Below, piece after piece: positions 26,900 to 43,154 of a stretch of 64,000 bases of DNA (position 1 is its first letter; each line of letters starts with the position of its first letter). Made by a program: the position numbers and the translations under genes. The stretch lies in NCBI RefSeq assembly GCF_009914755.1, contig NC_060926.1. One strand, 5' to 3'. This DNA comes from the human T2T-CHM13v2.0 reference genome, Homo sapiens. The notes under the pieces are model-generated. The model saw nothing but the letters and a program-made list of their open reading frames with translations. It did not search any database and had not been told where the DNA came from.

Positions 26900-28310
26900 A
26901 TTGTATCTAGTATTCAGCTGTTATCCTAGAATCCTCCTTCATCGTCCTCCTGAACTTTCTTGTTGGGAGCTTATGGGATCCACTTTCTATCCCTGGTGTT
27001 CTGAAATTTTCTAGTGATGTGCCTTGATGTGGACCTGCTTTCCCTCTATGTGCCTGGGACTTAGTGACCCTTTTAGTCTCACAACTCATATCCTGGAGTT
27101 ACGAATTTTATATTGTGATTATTTTGTTGATGATTTCCTCTCATCTATTTTATTCTTCCTCTCTTTCTGAAACTCATTGTTAACATGTTCAATTCCCAGA
27201 ATTGGCCTTTTGTCTGTTTTCCAACTCTTGCTCTGTTTTCTGAAAGAGTTCTTCAACTTTATATTCCAGCCTGTACTTTGAATTTTAAAAATTTCTGTTC
27301 ATATATTTTTAATTTCCAAGAACCTTTGTTAAATTTTATAAATGTTCTTTTTTTATAACTTTCTAGTTTTGCTTCATAGATACAATATACTGTCTTATCT
27401 GTCTGAAGATATTATTGATTTTTTTTGAAGGTTCTTCAACATGCTAGTGTGTGTGCCTGTGTGTGTGTGTGTGTATGTGCCTGTGTGTGTGTGTGTCTCA
27501 CCTTTCATATTACAAGCTTTCTTTAGAAATTTGGTAATTCATGTCTATCTTCCCATGCCTAAGATTGGGGAGCTAAACAGATGATAACAATTCTGAGCAT
27601 GTGGGTGTGGCTTGTGCACTTTGAGTTTGACTGTAGAGTAATTTGGCCTGTTCTTTGGGGAAAGGCCTGAAGTCAGCATCTTGTAGATCTTTCCTCTTGG
27701 GCTGATCCAATTCCCCACAGAGGATTTTCTAATCTCCTGCATGGAGGACAAGAGTTTGGCTACCAGCTTCTGGGATCCAGTAGGGAGGAAGGCTGGGTCT
27801 CAGCAGCAGCACTGATGTGTTTCTTTTGGCCCAGCACCCATGTCCTCAGCTGCCATGGCAGCTCACAATCCAGAGACCCTCTGTTACACCTTCCCCAGAA
27901 AACTATTGTCTGTGTGTCGCACCAGTTGCGGAAGGGGATCCTTACAGCACCTTGGAGTATTGGAAGGAAATTAGAGATTATAATCTAACTCAAAAAATAA
28001 AACAAAAAAAATTTCATCAAACAGCTTTTCCCCAATCTTCCTTACATTAATCTTCTCTTTGTCCTCAGTTCCAGATAGACCTGGAGCTGCACTTTGCTGA
28101 ATATTTTGACGATTTTGCAGTATAAATAAGGTTGGGTCTCAGCTTTCCCCTCTGCCTGTTTTAGGTCTGTTCGATTGCTGACTGGCTTTCTAGCTTTCAG
28201 AGTTTAGTTGTCATTGTCTCCTCTTCCTTTACATCCTTTGCAAAACATATTCCTTTACTATGGTTTAGGGTTTCTGAAAGGAGGGAAGTCAGATGTACAT
28301 TCAACCCACT
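26900..28310 (-). mobile_element. Old L1M/HAL1 5'-region fragment
   Basis: T-rich ttctgaaattttctagtgatgtgccttgatgtgg...tttttaatttccaagaac; very diverged. Confidence 0.6.
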
Positions 28311-28523
28311 ATGTGAGCTCAGTAGTCTCCCTGTTTCCTGTCTCTGTTCTCTTCTCACCTGGATTATTTTGCTCTACCTTTGCTCATTAAAATCTCAGCT
28401 ATTATAAAGGGTCAGCTCCAATGCCATTTCTCCATAAAGTGGTCCAAAGTGTGGGAAATCTTACGATTTTTCTTTTCTCTTGGCACTTACCTTACTCTCT
28501 GTGATACCCTCCTCCTGTATGCC

Positions 28524-28524
<1 letters not shown>

Positions 28525-28570
<46 letters not shown>
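28525..28570. repeat. (CA)n microsatellite, about 23 units
   Basis: Direct reading. Confidence 0.97.
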
Positions 28571-28572
<2 letters not shown>

Positions 28573-30032
28573 ACTACAAGGTGGTAGGTAAATAAATAAT
28601 AAATGACATATTAATATTACATTAAGATACATGATCAAGTTGTATATGTTTCTAGATCTTATAGTCACTCTCTGGATTATAAATTCTGGGGCTCATGGGC
28701 AGAGCTTGTGAATTGGGTCTGGTTCCCAGCTCTGGCAGTTTCTCTTTGTGAGTCCTTGGGCGTGTCATTTTGTCCTCAAAACAGAATCAGCAAAATTAGG
28801 AGATGAACACCAGAACCTATAGAACTAGTCATAATGGTCGAATGCAGCAACACATGGAAGGCATGCCTCCCATATTGTTTACCTACTGCTATTATTATTC
28901 CCTTTCTCCCTCACAGTGTTCTTTTGAAGCTCAAGGATTTTATTGAATGTGGCAGTCATCATGTAAATGTAATGTACTGTGAGATATCAGTGGGTATTTT
29001 TGTGACTCATCTGGGTGCTCCCTGAAGAGCCCTGCAGAGTGCCTTTCACACAGTAAGTGTCTGAGGAATATCTGTTGAAATGAGCAAAACATGTCAATAT
29101 TTAGGGAGTTGTACTATATGAAGGCACAGATGCACAGTCATGCATGTGTGTTTTGGTCATTGGAGAGGTGGGTATGCTCCATTTGTTCCAGGATATTGAA
29201 AAAATAAAACAATTCTTCTGGCAGGTTAGCCTCCTTCTTTCTGAAGACCCAGTGGCTGTGTGCTTTCGGCTAAATGTTGTCATCCTCCAAACCCAGAGAA
29301 AGCAAAAAGCAGGGGTTGGAATAATCATGTGCAAAGAGGGAATGATATGTCGTCTCATTGTTTTAGAAGTTTTATAAGCCTAGAAGCATTAAAGACGAGT
29401 TGCAACTTTGAAAACCACCCTGTTGAATCACGATGATCTCAAACTCTTTCTTGGCCTCCCCTTTTCCTGTGTGCATGTGTGTGTAATGCTTAGTATTTAT
29501 GTTTGCCTGTTTACTTAGGTCATTTATATGAACACAGGCGCTGTGCTGTGTAAGAGCACATCAGCTCTTGCTGCTAACCCTTCACCTGCAATCTTAAGTC
29601 TCAGTTTATGAAATCATAGTCATTTGCCAGGGAGGCAATCATGATGTCACAAGCCAAGCACAGTGACTTCAGGTGGGTAATCAACTGAAGGAGCAGACTG
29701 ACTTCTAAGCAACAAAGATCCCATTATCATGTAAATGTTCTTAGTAACCAAAATTACAGAAGGAGAGACATATAATGTAAGACACTGGCACATCAGCCTC
29801 CCCTGTGCTGCTCAATGCGATCATTCTCCAAGCGTTCCAAGAAAGATGTGTCTTGTAAACACAGCTGGTAAGAGGTAGAAGACGAAACCACAACAAAATG
29901 ATTTTTCTTTTTAAGCAGCGAAATCCAAACACTGTCTTTTAAAGGGTCTGATTAGTGAGTTTGTAAAATATCTAAACCTCTTGAGTTGTCAAATTTTAAC
30001 ACTTGGTTTTGTTTCTCCCTGTAGGGCCTTGA

Positions 30033-30655
<623 letters not shown>

Positions 30656-30994
30656 AAACTTTTTAAAGTCAGAATCCAAATTTAAAGTTAAAATAAGAAT
30701 ATTATGGCTGAAAAGGTGTCAGGGACATTTACCCTCTGTGTACCAACATTAATACTGCATTTCTCAAATTCTAAGCTATATGTTTCTTTGCATGTTCACT
30801 TTTCTGAAATTGGTGTGTAGCAATCATATTAACAAATTGTATAGCTAGTAAGCAAAGATTAATTTGTGACATCTGAGTTGTTGCCTGAAGATGTGTGAAA
30901 TGTGTGGTCTGTACAACTTGTTTATCCATTTGTCACCTCAGTTGTCTGTACTGGGGTACCACATAGAGGTCAAATTTCCTCACTAATACTTTCA

Positions 30995-31130
30995 TAAAAC
31001 ACTTGTTTCCACATTGAATTCATCTGGAAAGCTTTAAAAACTTTGGTGCCTAAGTCTCAGACCCAGAGATTCTGGTGCAATTGTTCTCCCCAGATGATTC
31101 TAATGCACAACAAACTTTGAGAGTCACTGT
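30995..31130. mobile_element. MER5B-like fragment
   Basis: catctggaaagctttaaaaa...cccagagattctg...ccccagatgattctaatgcac...tttgagagtcactg. Confidence 0.65.
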
Positions 31131-31296
31131 GTGTCAGTATCTTCACAATGATCATGAATTACAGACCACAGAGAAATGCATTATTGTGTACATATCAGGC
31201 AATGTAAAGGAGACATCATCACATGTCTTATGGACATCATAGACTTCTCAAAGCTTGGAAAAGTCATTTAACCAGTTTGTGGGTTGAACAGGAATC

Positions 31297-31312
31297 TCAG
31301 CCAGGTGGCGAC
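31297..31312 (+). promoter_or_regulatory. Candidate CTCF motif
   Basis: TCAGCCAGGTGGCGAC resembles the CTCF core; CpG retained. Confidence 0.35.
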
Positions 31313-32420
31313 TGTCTCTCAGTGAAGAGCTTTCTAACTACACTCCAGAGATGTTGTTTCACGTCCAGTGAGATATCAAAACTATGAGTTTACCCAAGTC
31401 ACAAATGCAGACGAAATCCTGGTTTCACTTGGTTTGCCTCCAATTCCTGCTAAGCCTGAGGATGCAGAGGTCAAAGGCACTAGCACGGGTTAGGAAAGCC
31501 CCATTTCATTGTGATACTAAGCATGGCTGCACGTGGCCAAGAGTGGGTCCCAAAATTTATTTCATTCCTAATGTGAAAAAATCTTGGACTCAAACTTAAA
31601 TTGCACTACTAAAGTTATGTGTCATTGCCAATAAATATACTAATATTTGTTAATAACATACAGCATTTACTTTTTGTTAAATCAATCATGTGGCTTTAGA
31701 CCCCTGGAATCTTTGATTTGAGGATACAACAAGGAGCACAACCCAACAACATCATGTATTCTGTATTAGGGACCAAGCTCTAATTTTATATTGCAGTATC
31801 TCATTTGATTCTTGTAATATCCCTGCTATGTAGGAAACATCCCCAGTTTATAGAAGCAAAAATTAGGGCTCTGGGGATCCATTTACATTTTCTATTAAGT
31901 GTCCAGAAGCAAGCCATGCAAAAAGTGTCTTTCTGGGTGGCTGGGATCTACCAGCTGATAGCAAAGAATCTCTCTGTGATAAAATGACTAAATTAGGGCT
32001 CTGCAAATCGTGTTTACCAGAACCCTAAGATTTAGAAGAGGCCTCAAGGACCCAGAGAAAGGGCACATGGAGCAGAGAAGGGCATTGTTGCAGATAGATA
32101 GAGGAGAACTTGCTTGCAAACACTTGCAAGGCACTGACTTAAATAACTCCAGTCAGACAGCGATCAATCCTCAAACACCTTTAGGTTTTTTTCAAAATCC
32201 AAGGAAATTGATGCCTGGCATCTGTTAGCACTATGATTATTTTGAATAAAACTAGTTAAACTTACTGGGTGTAAGAAAGATAATTGTGGAAAAGGTACTT
32301 ATAAAATTAATACAAATAATGATTATTGAAAAGTAACCAAAATTTACTTTTAATACAAATAATAAATGATTTTTTTAAAAAATTAACCTTAGAGATTATA
32401 GAGTCAAGAGATATTCAAGC

Positions 32421-32660
32421 TTATATTGAAGTGGAATGCATTTTGCAAACGAATCTGATGTGGCATCCTAATAGACAAAAGACATAAACTTGATAAGATG
32501 CACAACTCTGCCAGATTCCCAACCCACTCTCCACTGCCATTTATATTGAAGTGGAATGCATTTTGCAAACGAATCTGATGTGGCATCCTAATAGACAAAA
32601 GACATAAACTTGATAAGATGCACAACTCTGCCAGATTCCCAACCCACTCTCCACTGCCAT
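32421..32660. repeat. Perfect 120-bp head-to-tail tandem duplication (2 copies)
   Basis: 32421-32540 is identical to 32541-32660 (ttatattgaagtgg...ccactgccat). Confidence 0.98.
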
Positions 32661-33544
32661 TAAGGAATGGGATCCCTGTCCAAAAACACAAGCCTCCTCT
32701 CCTCTTTCTTGCTAGGCTCCTGGTGCTTAAAATCAGAACCATTTTCACTCCTTCATGAAGCAAAGGTAACCCTCCACCCACCTGACAGTCCATGAAAAAG
32801 GTTGTATTGTTTTTCACTAAAGAGCCCTTGTTATAAAAGAGATGCTTCGTGAGTCAGCTGGAGACGAGGTTTCAGCTGTCGCAAGCACCCCTGAGCCCTG
32901 TCTCTGTGTCCCTGTGACACCATCTTTGACAATCTGACCTCTATCCTCCAGAGAATGGCTGAGAAAAATACATCATAAGCTGGAGTTCTCATGAGATAAT
33001 GTTCAAAACTAGATTTGCTGATCTCAACAATCACAACTGGTTTCTTTGGGTGGGTCAGGTGTTAGTTCTTACAGAATAGAAATGGCAAACACTAAATGTT
33101 TCTTGGCCAAGGATTCCATGGTCAGTCCAAGCCTGTGATACAGGTGCCCTACCAGTCATTAGGCTTGGGCATATATATATATGGCATATATTCATATATT
33201 AGGAGGAAACAAACTGGTTTTAGGATCTCATTCTGCACACACACACACCCTTGGAAGGAGGGATAGTTCTGGGAGGGGAGGACATGGAATTAACTTGTTT
33301 GCAAGTTAGGCCATGGGAAGAATAAAAGCAGCTTGAGGAGGAGGAGTATTGGGGAGATTCCCCAAAGAAGGGGAGAGCACTTGGTTTGGTCAGATTGGCA
33401 TCACTGAGGCCCACAGTCAACTCCTCTATCCTGGTTATGACCCAGGGCTGATGGACCTCAAAGTGGAACTGGTACATAGAGAGTAGCAGGGCTGGGCCAG
33501 AGATGCAGGGGTTTCAGCCGCAGCAGACTCATATAAGGAGATGC

Positions 33545-33700
33545 TGTGGATGTACTGCCCCAGATGCCCCCAGCCCACCTCTAGGTTTGCCTGTAGCCAC
33601 TTTGGACAGTTCACATAAACACTGACAAGCTCCCATCTTAAGTGCCTGACCTCATCTAAGGCTAACTTCTCCTCTTGTACGTTTTATCAGCCATCTCCTC
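33545..33700. mobile_element. LTR33-like ERVL fragment
   Basis: tgtggatgtactgccccagatgcccc...ctgtagccac...ggacagttc...ctgaca. Confidence 0.45.
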
Positions 33701-33722
33701 AGAGATTTCAATTCTGCAATTA

Positions 33723-34559
33723 CAGTTGACCTTTAAACAATGCAGAGGTTAGGAGCACAGTCAAAAATCCACATGCAACTTTTGACTTCCCCAAAACTTA
33801 ACTACAAATAGCCTACTTATCTTAGTCTGTTTTGTGTTGCTGTAAAAGAATACTTGAGACTAGGTAACTTATAAAGAAAAGAGGTTTATTTGGCTCATGG
33901 TTCTGAAGGCTTTACAAGAAGCATGGTGCCAGCTTCTGATGAGAGCTTCCAGCTTCTTCCATCCATGGCAGAAGGCAGAGGGGAGCCAGCATGGAGAGAG
34001 GGGAAGCAAGGAGAGGGGAGGTGTCAGGTTTTCTTAAACAGCCAGTTCTCATGAGACTAATAGAGTGAGAACTCACTCTCCCTCTTTCTAGGGAGGGCAT
34101 TAATCTGTTCATGAAGGATGCATCTCCATGACCCAAATACCTTCCACTAGGTCCCCACCTCCAACATTGGGATCAAATTTCAACATGAGGTTCGGGGGAC
34201 AAACATCCAACTATAGCACTACCATTGACCAGAAGCCTTACCAATAGCATAAACAGTCAATTAACACCTACTTTGTATGTTTCATATATTATATACTGTG
34301 TTCTTACAATAAAGCAAGCTAGAGAAAAGAAAATGTCATTAAGAAAATCATAAAGAAGAGAAAATATATTTACTATTCATTAAGTGGAAGTGGCTCATTG
34401 TAAAGGTTTTCACCCTCATGGTGTTCATGCTGAGTAGACTGAGGAGGAGGAAGAAGAGAAGGGGTTGGTCTTGCTGTCTCTGGGGTGGCAGAGGCGGAAG
34501 AAAATTCATATATAAGTGGACCCACGCAGTTCAAACCCGTGTTGTTCAAGGGTTGACTG
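33723..34559. mobile_element. Tigger2a-like TcMar transposon, split by MSTB
   Basis: TIRs cagttgacctttaaacaa / ttgttcaagggttgactg with TA on both sides; internal aagctagagaaaagaaaatg. Confidence 0.88.
33818..34218 (-). mobile_element. MSTB-like LTR
   Basis: tcttagtctgttttgtgttgctgtaaaagaatacttgagac...ccccacctccaacattgggatcaaattt...ctatagca; TSD ctact/ctacc. Confidence 0.9.
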
Positions 34560-34564
34560 TACTA

Positions 34565-35530
34565 TGATTCACCTTCAGTCATCAATTTCTCTCTATGTAT
34601 TGGATTATACCCATTAGCATATAAAAGCCTTCACAGGATTAATATTTTTTTTAAAAAGAACACTCCTTTTCACATTAGGTTCACCAATAACTTACTTTTT
34701 AAAAAACTAATAATCAGTACCTGTTCTTATTTTAGTCTACTTTTAATACTTTTTGACACAGTAAGCCACACTGTCTCCCTTGAAAGCTTCTCTTCTCTAG
34801 ATTATCTATATTCCACATTCACCTGGTTTTCCTTCTGCCTCATTGATTTCCTACTCTTTTCATTCCTCCCAAATTCCAAACCTCTTACTATTAAAGTGCT
34901 GGATAGCTTTGTCCTTAGTTCTTTTCTCTTCACTGTCTCCTTGGAAATCTTCAATTCCCTCAAGTCCAAATCCCAGCTGTATGTAAATGACTTTCAAATG
35001 TAAATCCCTGAGCTTCAAACTCCTATATCTAGTGGCCTATTCAGCATCTCCACTTAGATACCTACTGGGCATCTCAGAATTAATATGGCCCAAATCTTTT
35101 GTGACCTCTCTAAATTCTAAAAGTACTCCACCTCATCACACTCCCACTCATGCCTTTTCCATCTTGCTAAATAGAACCACCACACTCTCTAAAATCTCAG
35201 ACCTAAAATCTAGGTTAATTCCATTATTCTCTCACACCTCCCATAAGTACATCTCATCAGCTTCACCTCAATACATCTCCCAAATCATCATCCCTACTGT
35301 TACAAATCTAGCTCAAGGCATCATCATCTTCTTCCTAAATCATTGCAATAGCTTCCTAATTGCTCTCCCTGCCTCTTCCTTTGACCCTGCTTCCCTTTTC
35401 TCCTTTTGCAGCCAGAGGGATCTCTCTAAAACGTAAATCAGACCCACATTACTCCTTTCCTTTAAATCCTTCAATGCCTTCCCATGGCCTTAAATCCAAG
35501 TTTCTTCTCATAACTTTTAAGACTTTACAT
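34565..35530 (+). mobile_element. L2 (L2a-like) fragment
   Basis: tttgacacagtaagccacac...ccttgaaa...gcatctccacttagata...attgcaatagcttcctaattgctctccctgcc. Confidence 0.8.
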
Positions 35531-35536
35531 AATCTG

Positions 35537-35840
<304 letters not shown>

Positions 35841-35859
35841 TAATCTGGTTTGTACCTCT

Positions 35860-36230
35860 TAGTTTTTGTTCTTTTTCCTCTGTATTTGGAGACTGTTTTT
35901 TAAGAAAACCTTCTCCTGTTCTACTTGTAAAATTTTTGCGCCATTGTATTTTAAGTGAGTCTCTTGGAAATAGCATATAACTGGATTTTGTTCTTTTTTA
36001 AAAAAAGTCAATCTGACCAAATCTATTAAAAATTGATTCATTTATTCTACTTCTTATCATTATAAATGTATGTGGATTAATTTCTACCATCATATGTTTT
36101 GCTTTTTATATGTCCAAATTTTTCTATGCATATTTTTTCTTAGATTGAGTTGTTTTTGCTTGTTTGTTTGTTGGATTTCCCCCATTTTTCTTGTTTGGAA
36201 GCTGTCTACTCTATGTCTGGTCACCTTAAC
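35860..36230 (-). mobile_element. Old L1M ORF2 (endonuclease-region) remnant
   Basis: Minus-strand peptide NPVICYFQETHLKY resembles the L1 EN motif ICCLQETHL. Confidence 0.65.
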
Positions 36231-36239
36231 AGGTTCTGA

Positions 36240-37309
36240 AAGTAAGTTTTATTAAGGTACAATTCACTGTTTTTAAGTATACAATTCTATGAATTGTCAT
36301 ATAAAGTCATGTAAGCTCTACCACAATAATGATGTAAACTACAACGAGCTACAACTAATCAGTTTCCTGTACCTATAATTTTGCCTATTCCAAAATATGA
36401 CTTAAATGGAATCAGAGAGAATGTTACCTTTTCAGTTCAGATTCTTTCACTTAGCATAATACATTCGAGATTTATTAATTCATGCTTTTGCATGTAAGTA
36501 TTCCATTGTATAGATGTGCTACTGCTATGTCTTGAATCTTTGTGATCCCTCCCCAAATTCATATGTTCACATCCTAAATGCCAAGCTCATGATATTAAGA
36601 GGTGGGGCCTTTGGAAGATTATTAGGTGGAGGTTTGAGGGTGGAGCCCTCATGAATGGCATTAATGCTCTTATAAAAGAGGTCTGAGGGAGACCCATTAT
36701 CCCTTCTTCCATGTGAGAACACAGTGAAAAGTGGGCTTTCCCTAGACACTGAATCTGTCCCTTTCTAGGACTTCCCAGCCTTCAGGACTGTCAAATAAAT
36801 TTTTGTTGTTTATAAGCTACGTAGTTTATGGTATTTTGTTATAGCAATCTGAACAGACTAAGACAATCACAGTTTGTTTATTCGCTTACCAGCTAATGGA
36901 CACTTAGGTTGTTTCTGATTTTTAGTGATTATGAATAAAGCTGATAAAAAACATTTTCATACAAATTTATATGTGTACATACATTTTATTTATCCTGGGT
37001 AAGTAAATACTTAGGAGTAAGATTGCTGGATTGTATAGTAAGTGCATGTTTAAGGTTATAAGAAACTCTCCAATTGTTTTCCAAAGTGGCTGTAATATTT
37101 GCATTCCCACCCCCAAAGACTGAGAGATTCCAATGCTCAGCATACTTGACAACACTTAGTATTTTCAGGACTTTATTTTTTTAGCCATTCCAATAGGTGA
37201 CTAGGGATGTCTCATTATAGTTTTAACTTGCAAATCCCTGATGGTTAATGATATTGAGCATCTTTTCATGTGCTTCGCTGCCATCCTATATCTTTTCTGG
37301 TAAAGCACA

Positions 37310-37310
<1 letters not shown>
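36240..37310 (-). mobile_element. L1MB/MC 3' fragment split by MLT1A
   Basis: ttttaagtatacaattctatga...ttcacttagcataat...gattgctggattgtatagtaagtgcatgttt; peptide HLLYNPAILLLSIY. Confidence 0.8.
36520..36864 (+). mobile_element. MLT1A-like LTR
   Basis: tgctatgtcttgaat...ccccaaattcatatgtt...ggtggggcctttgg...gtattttgttatagca...agactaagaca. Confidence 0.88.
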
Positions 37311-37960
<650 letters not shown>

Positions 37961-38014
37961 GATTCATTTCTGCCATTAATCTTAGAAAATTTTCTCTTCA
38001 AAAATTTATTCTCT

Positions 38015-38645
38015 CACATCCACTATGATGGCTATAATCAAAAAGTCTGGTAATAATAAGTATTGGCAAGGATTTGGAAAAATTGGAATCCTGCACACTA
38101 CTGGTGGGAATGTAAATGGTGCAGCCACTTTGGAAAACAGCTGGGCAGTTCCTCAAATGAAACATAGTTAACCACTCCTAAGTATATTGCCAAGAGAAAT
38201 ATAATCATACATCTACACAAAAACTTATGTGTGAATGTTTGTTGGAGCACTATTCATAATAGCTAAAAAATGAAAATAACTGAAATGTCCATCAACTGAT
38301 GAATAGATAAATGACATCTAGTATATCCAAAGCATAAGATATTATTTGGCCGTAAAAAGGAGTGAATACCAATACATGATACAATGTGAAAGAATTTTGA
38401 AAATATACTAATCTATAAAGACGGAAAGTAGATTAATAATTGCTTAGGGTTGGTGGGGAGGTATTAGAGGGATAGGGAGATGATAGCTAAAGAATATGAA
38501 GTTTCTTTTTGAGGTGATGAAAGTGTTTTAAAATTGACTGTGATGATGGTTGCATATATCTGTGAATATACTAAAAACAGTTGATTGCATACTTTAAATG
38601 AGTGAATTTTATAGTCTGCAAGTTATATCTCTATAAAGCTATTGC
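38015..38645 (+). mobile_element. L1MB 3' end
   Basis: ggtgggaatgtaaatggtgcagccactttggaaaacag...gtttctttttgaggtgatgaaa...ttatatctctataaagct. Confidence 0.88.
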
Positions 38646-38929
38646 AGAAAATTATTCTCCCCTTTTCTCTTTAGTCTCTTCTTCTGGGACTACAAATTGA
38701 TATATAAAAAATTAGTTACAACATCTTACTGGTTACATCATCCAATAAGAACACTAAGAATAACTTAATGCTTTAATTTGTAGTCATTCTTATTTCATCG
38801 ATTGTCAGTAACATGTTTTTATAGTGCTTTTTAAAAGCCAGAATCTAATCAAGGTTCTCAAATTGCATTTGGTTATCATCCCTTTTTAGACTCTTTTAAT
38901 CTAAAACATTCCTCTCTCCTTTTATTGTT

Positions 38930-38934
<5 letters not shown>

Positions 38935-38976
<42 letters not shown>

Positions 38977-38977
38977 T
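38935..38977. repeat. (TG)n(GA)n compound microsatellite
   Basis: Direct reading. Confidence 0.95.
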
Positions 38978-39869
38978 ACTGGCCTTTATTTTTTAATTAT
39001 CCAGGTGACTTTTTCATGGAAAATCATCCATTGAGTTTTTAATATTAACTATTAACTATTTTTCATTTCCAGAAACTGTTTTTTTTTCAAATTGATCATT
39101 TGAAATGCTTGTTCTTTGCTTATGTTTTTCTATTCTATTTTTCCTTGTTTAAATATTTTACACACAGTTAGTGTATATTCTATTTCTAAGAATTCCATCA
39201 TCTGAAGTTCATGGAAGTCTAAACGTCTGTTGTTTCTGATGGCTCTTTCAGTAACTTACTTTCTTACAAACTCAGTAATTTTTAATCGGGATCTCCTATT
39301 TCAGTGAAGTAAGATCCAGATAGACCTGCATAGAAGGTACATCCCTCTAGGAAAATTTGTGTTTCCTTTTATGGGGATCCGAGTACGCAATAGAGGGCCA
39401 TTTTAGTTTCATTTCTCAGTTTGAAGTTTCCTTACTCTCCGGGATAGAATAACTTTGAACCCCAGACTAGTATTTTCTCCAGCTGGAATTGGAATTGCAG
39501 AATACAAGTTTTCATTGTGGCTACCTTTCCTAGCCTGTTGTTTCACTGAATGTGGGGGCCTCATCTTGTGTGTCTTCCCCCAATCTTGTGTGCTCTCAGT
39601 GTAGTCTCTCCTGTGCCCCCTGTGACCACTAACCCCCCGAAGCGCTAGACTTCTAACAGTGTTTGCCTCAGGGCAGACCCAGCTTCACCATTAGCTTACC
39701 AGGCGAATGCATCAGTTCACCAGGCGGCTCTGGACTCATGTGGATCTCCCCTATTTTTAGGCAACTTCAGCCATGCATTAAAAAATAGGTAGCAATTGAT
39801 TCTGCACCAGGGGTTCTGCAGCAGGAGGATTTTCAGAGTAACTGATCTGCCACATTACTGGAAGCAAAA

Positions 39870-40300
39870 TCCTCTACCTAACTTTATGACCTCATCTCCC
39901 TGGACCCTCACCTTCTTCACTTCATGCCAGCCACACTGGACTATAGCTCAAACATGTAAAAGCTCACAGCTGTCTCAGAGCCTTTTCACCTGTTATTTGT
40001 TTTCTTGAAAAGGCTCTTTTCTTCAATTCTTCACGTGGTCACGCTTTATCACCATTCAGGTCTTAGCTCAAATGTTCCACCTCCAGATTCTCCCCTGGTC
40101 ACTCTCAGTTATTAATACGTTCTCTTATCTCAGCTAAATATTTCTGTGTAGTACTTCCCAGAACCTAAGGTTATTTTGTTTATTGATTTGTTTATGTTTT
40201 GTTCTCTAGAATGTAACTGTTTAAGGGCAGGGACCCTGTTCTAGAAAAGTGCTTGGCACACATAGACACTCTAAAAGTAAATATTTGTTGATTGGTTGGG
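39870..40300 (+). mobile_element. L2 3' end
   Basis: ccagccacactgg...cattcaggtcttagctcaaatg...ctagaatgtaa...gcttggcacacatag...aaatatttgttga. Confidence 0.78.
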
Positions 40301-40737
40301 TAATATCTCTGTTCTTTATCTCCTGCTGAAATACCTTCCTATTCTCTCTTGCAGGCTGGAAACCAGGGCCATGTTCATAGTCCCAATAGTTAGCTTACTA
40401 CAGCAAGGTCACCACTAAAATGCCATCCTGTGTGTTCTAACAAGCAAATACTCAACCTGTGTGTATGTGCAAATATGTGTGTGTGTGTGTGTGTCCATTT
40501 ACATGCATGCACACAACTGTGATGTAAGTTTAGAAAATATATCTAGTTGTACAAGCCACACCCAGACCCCCTGAATTATTTAACAAACAAAAGCCATGAT
40601 TTAATCCCTCCCTTAGCACCCCAGGGAAACCTTAGGGAAGGGATACAGTGGAATGATCTCTTTTTAAGTGTATAGTTCAATGCCATTAGATAGTTTTTAA
40701 AGCATTCTATCAGCATGGCTACAAGGGAATCTCCAAA

Positions 40738-43154
<2,417 letters not shown>

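Noticed and set aside
32404-32817. 137-aa ORF with an internal 40-aa repeat
   Set aside because: Length and repeat arise solely from the in-frame 120-bp DNA duplication
40335-40412. Possible small exon after acceptor ttctctcttgcag
   Set aside because: Weak donor (aag|gtcacc) and no supporting neighbouring exons
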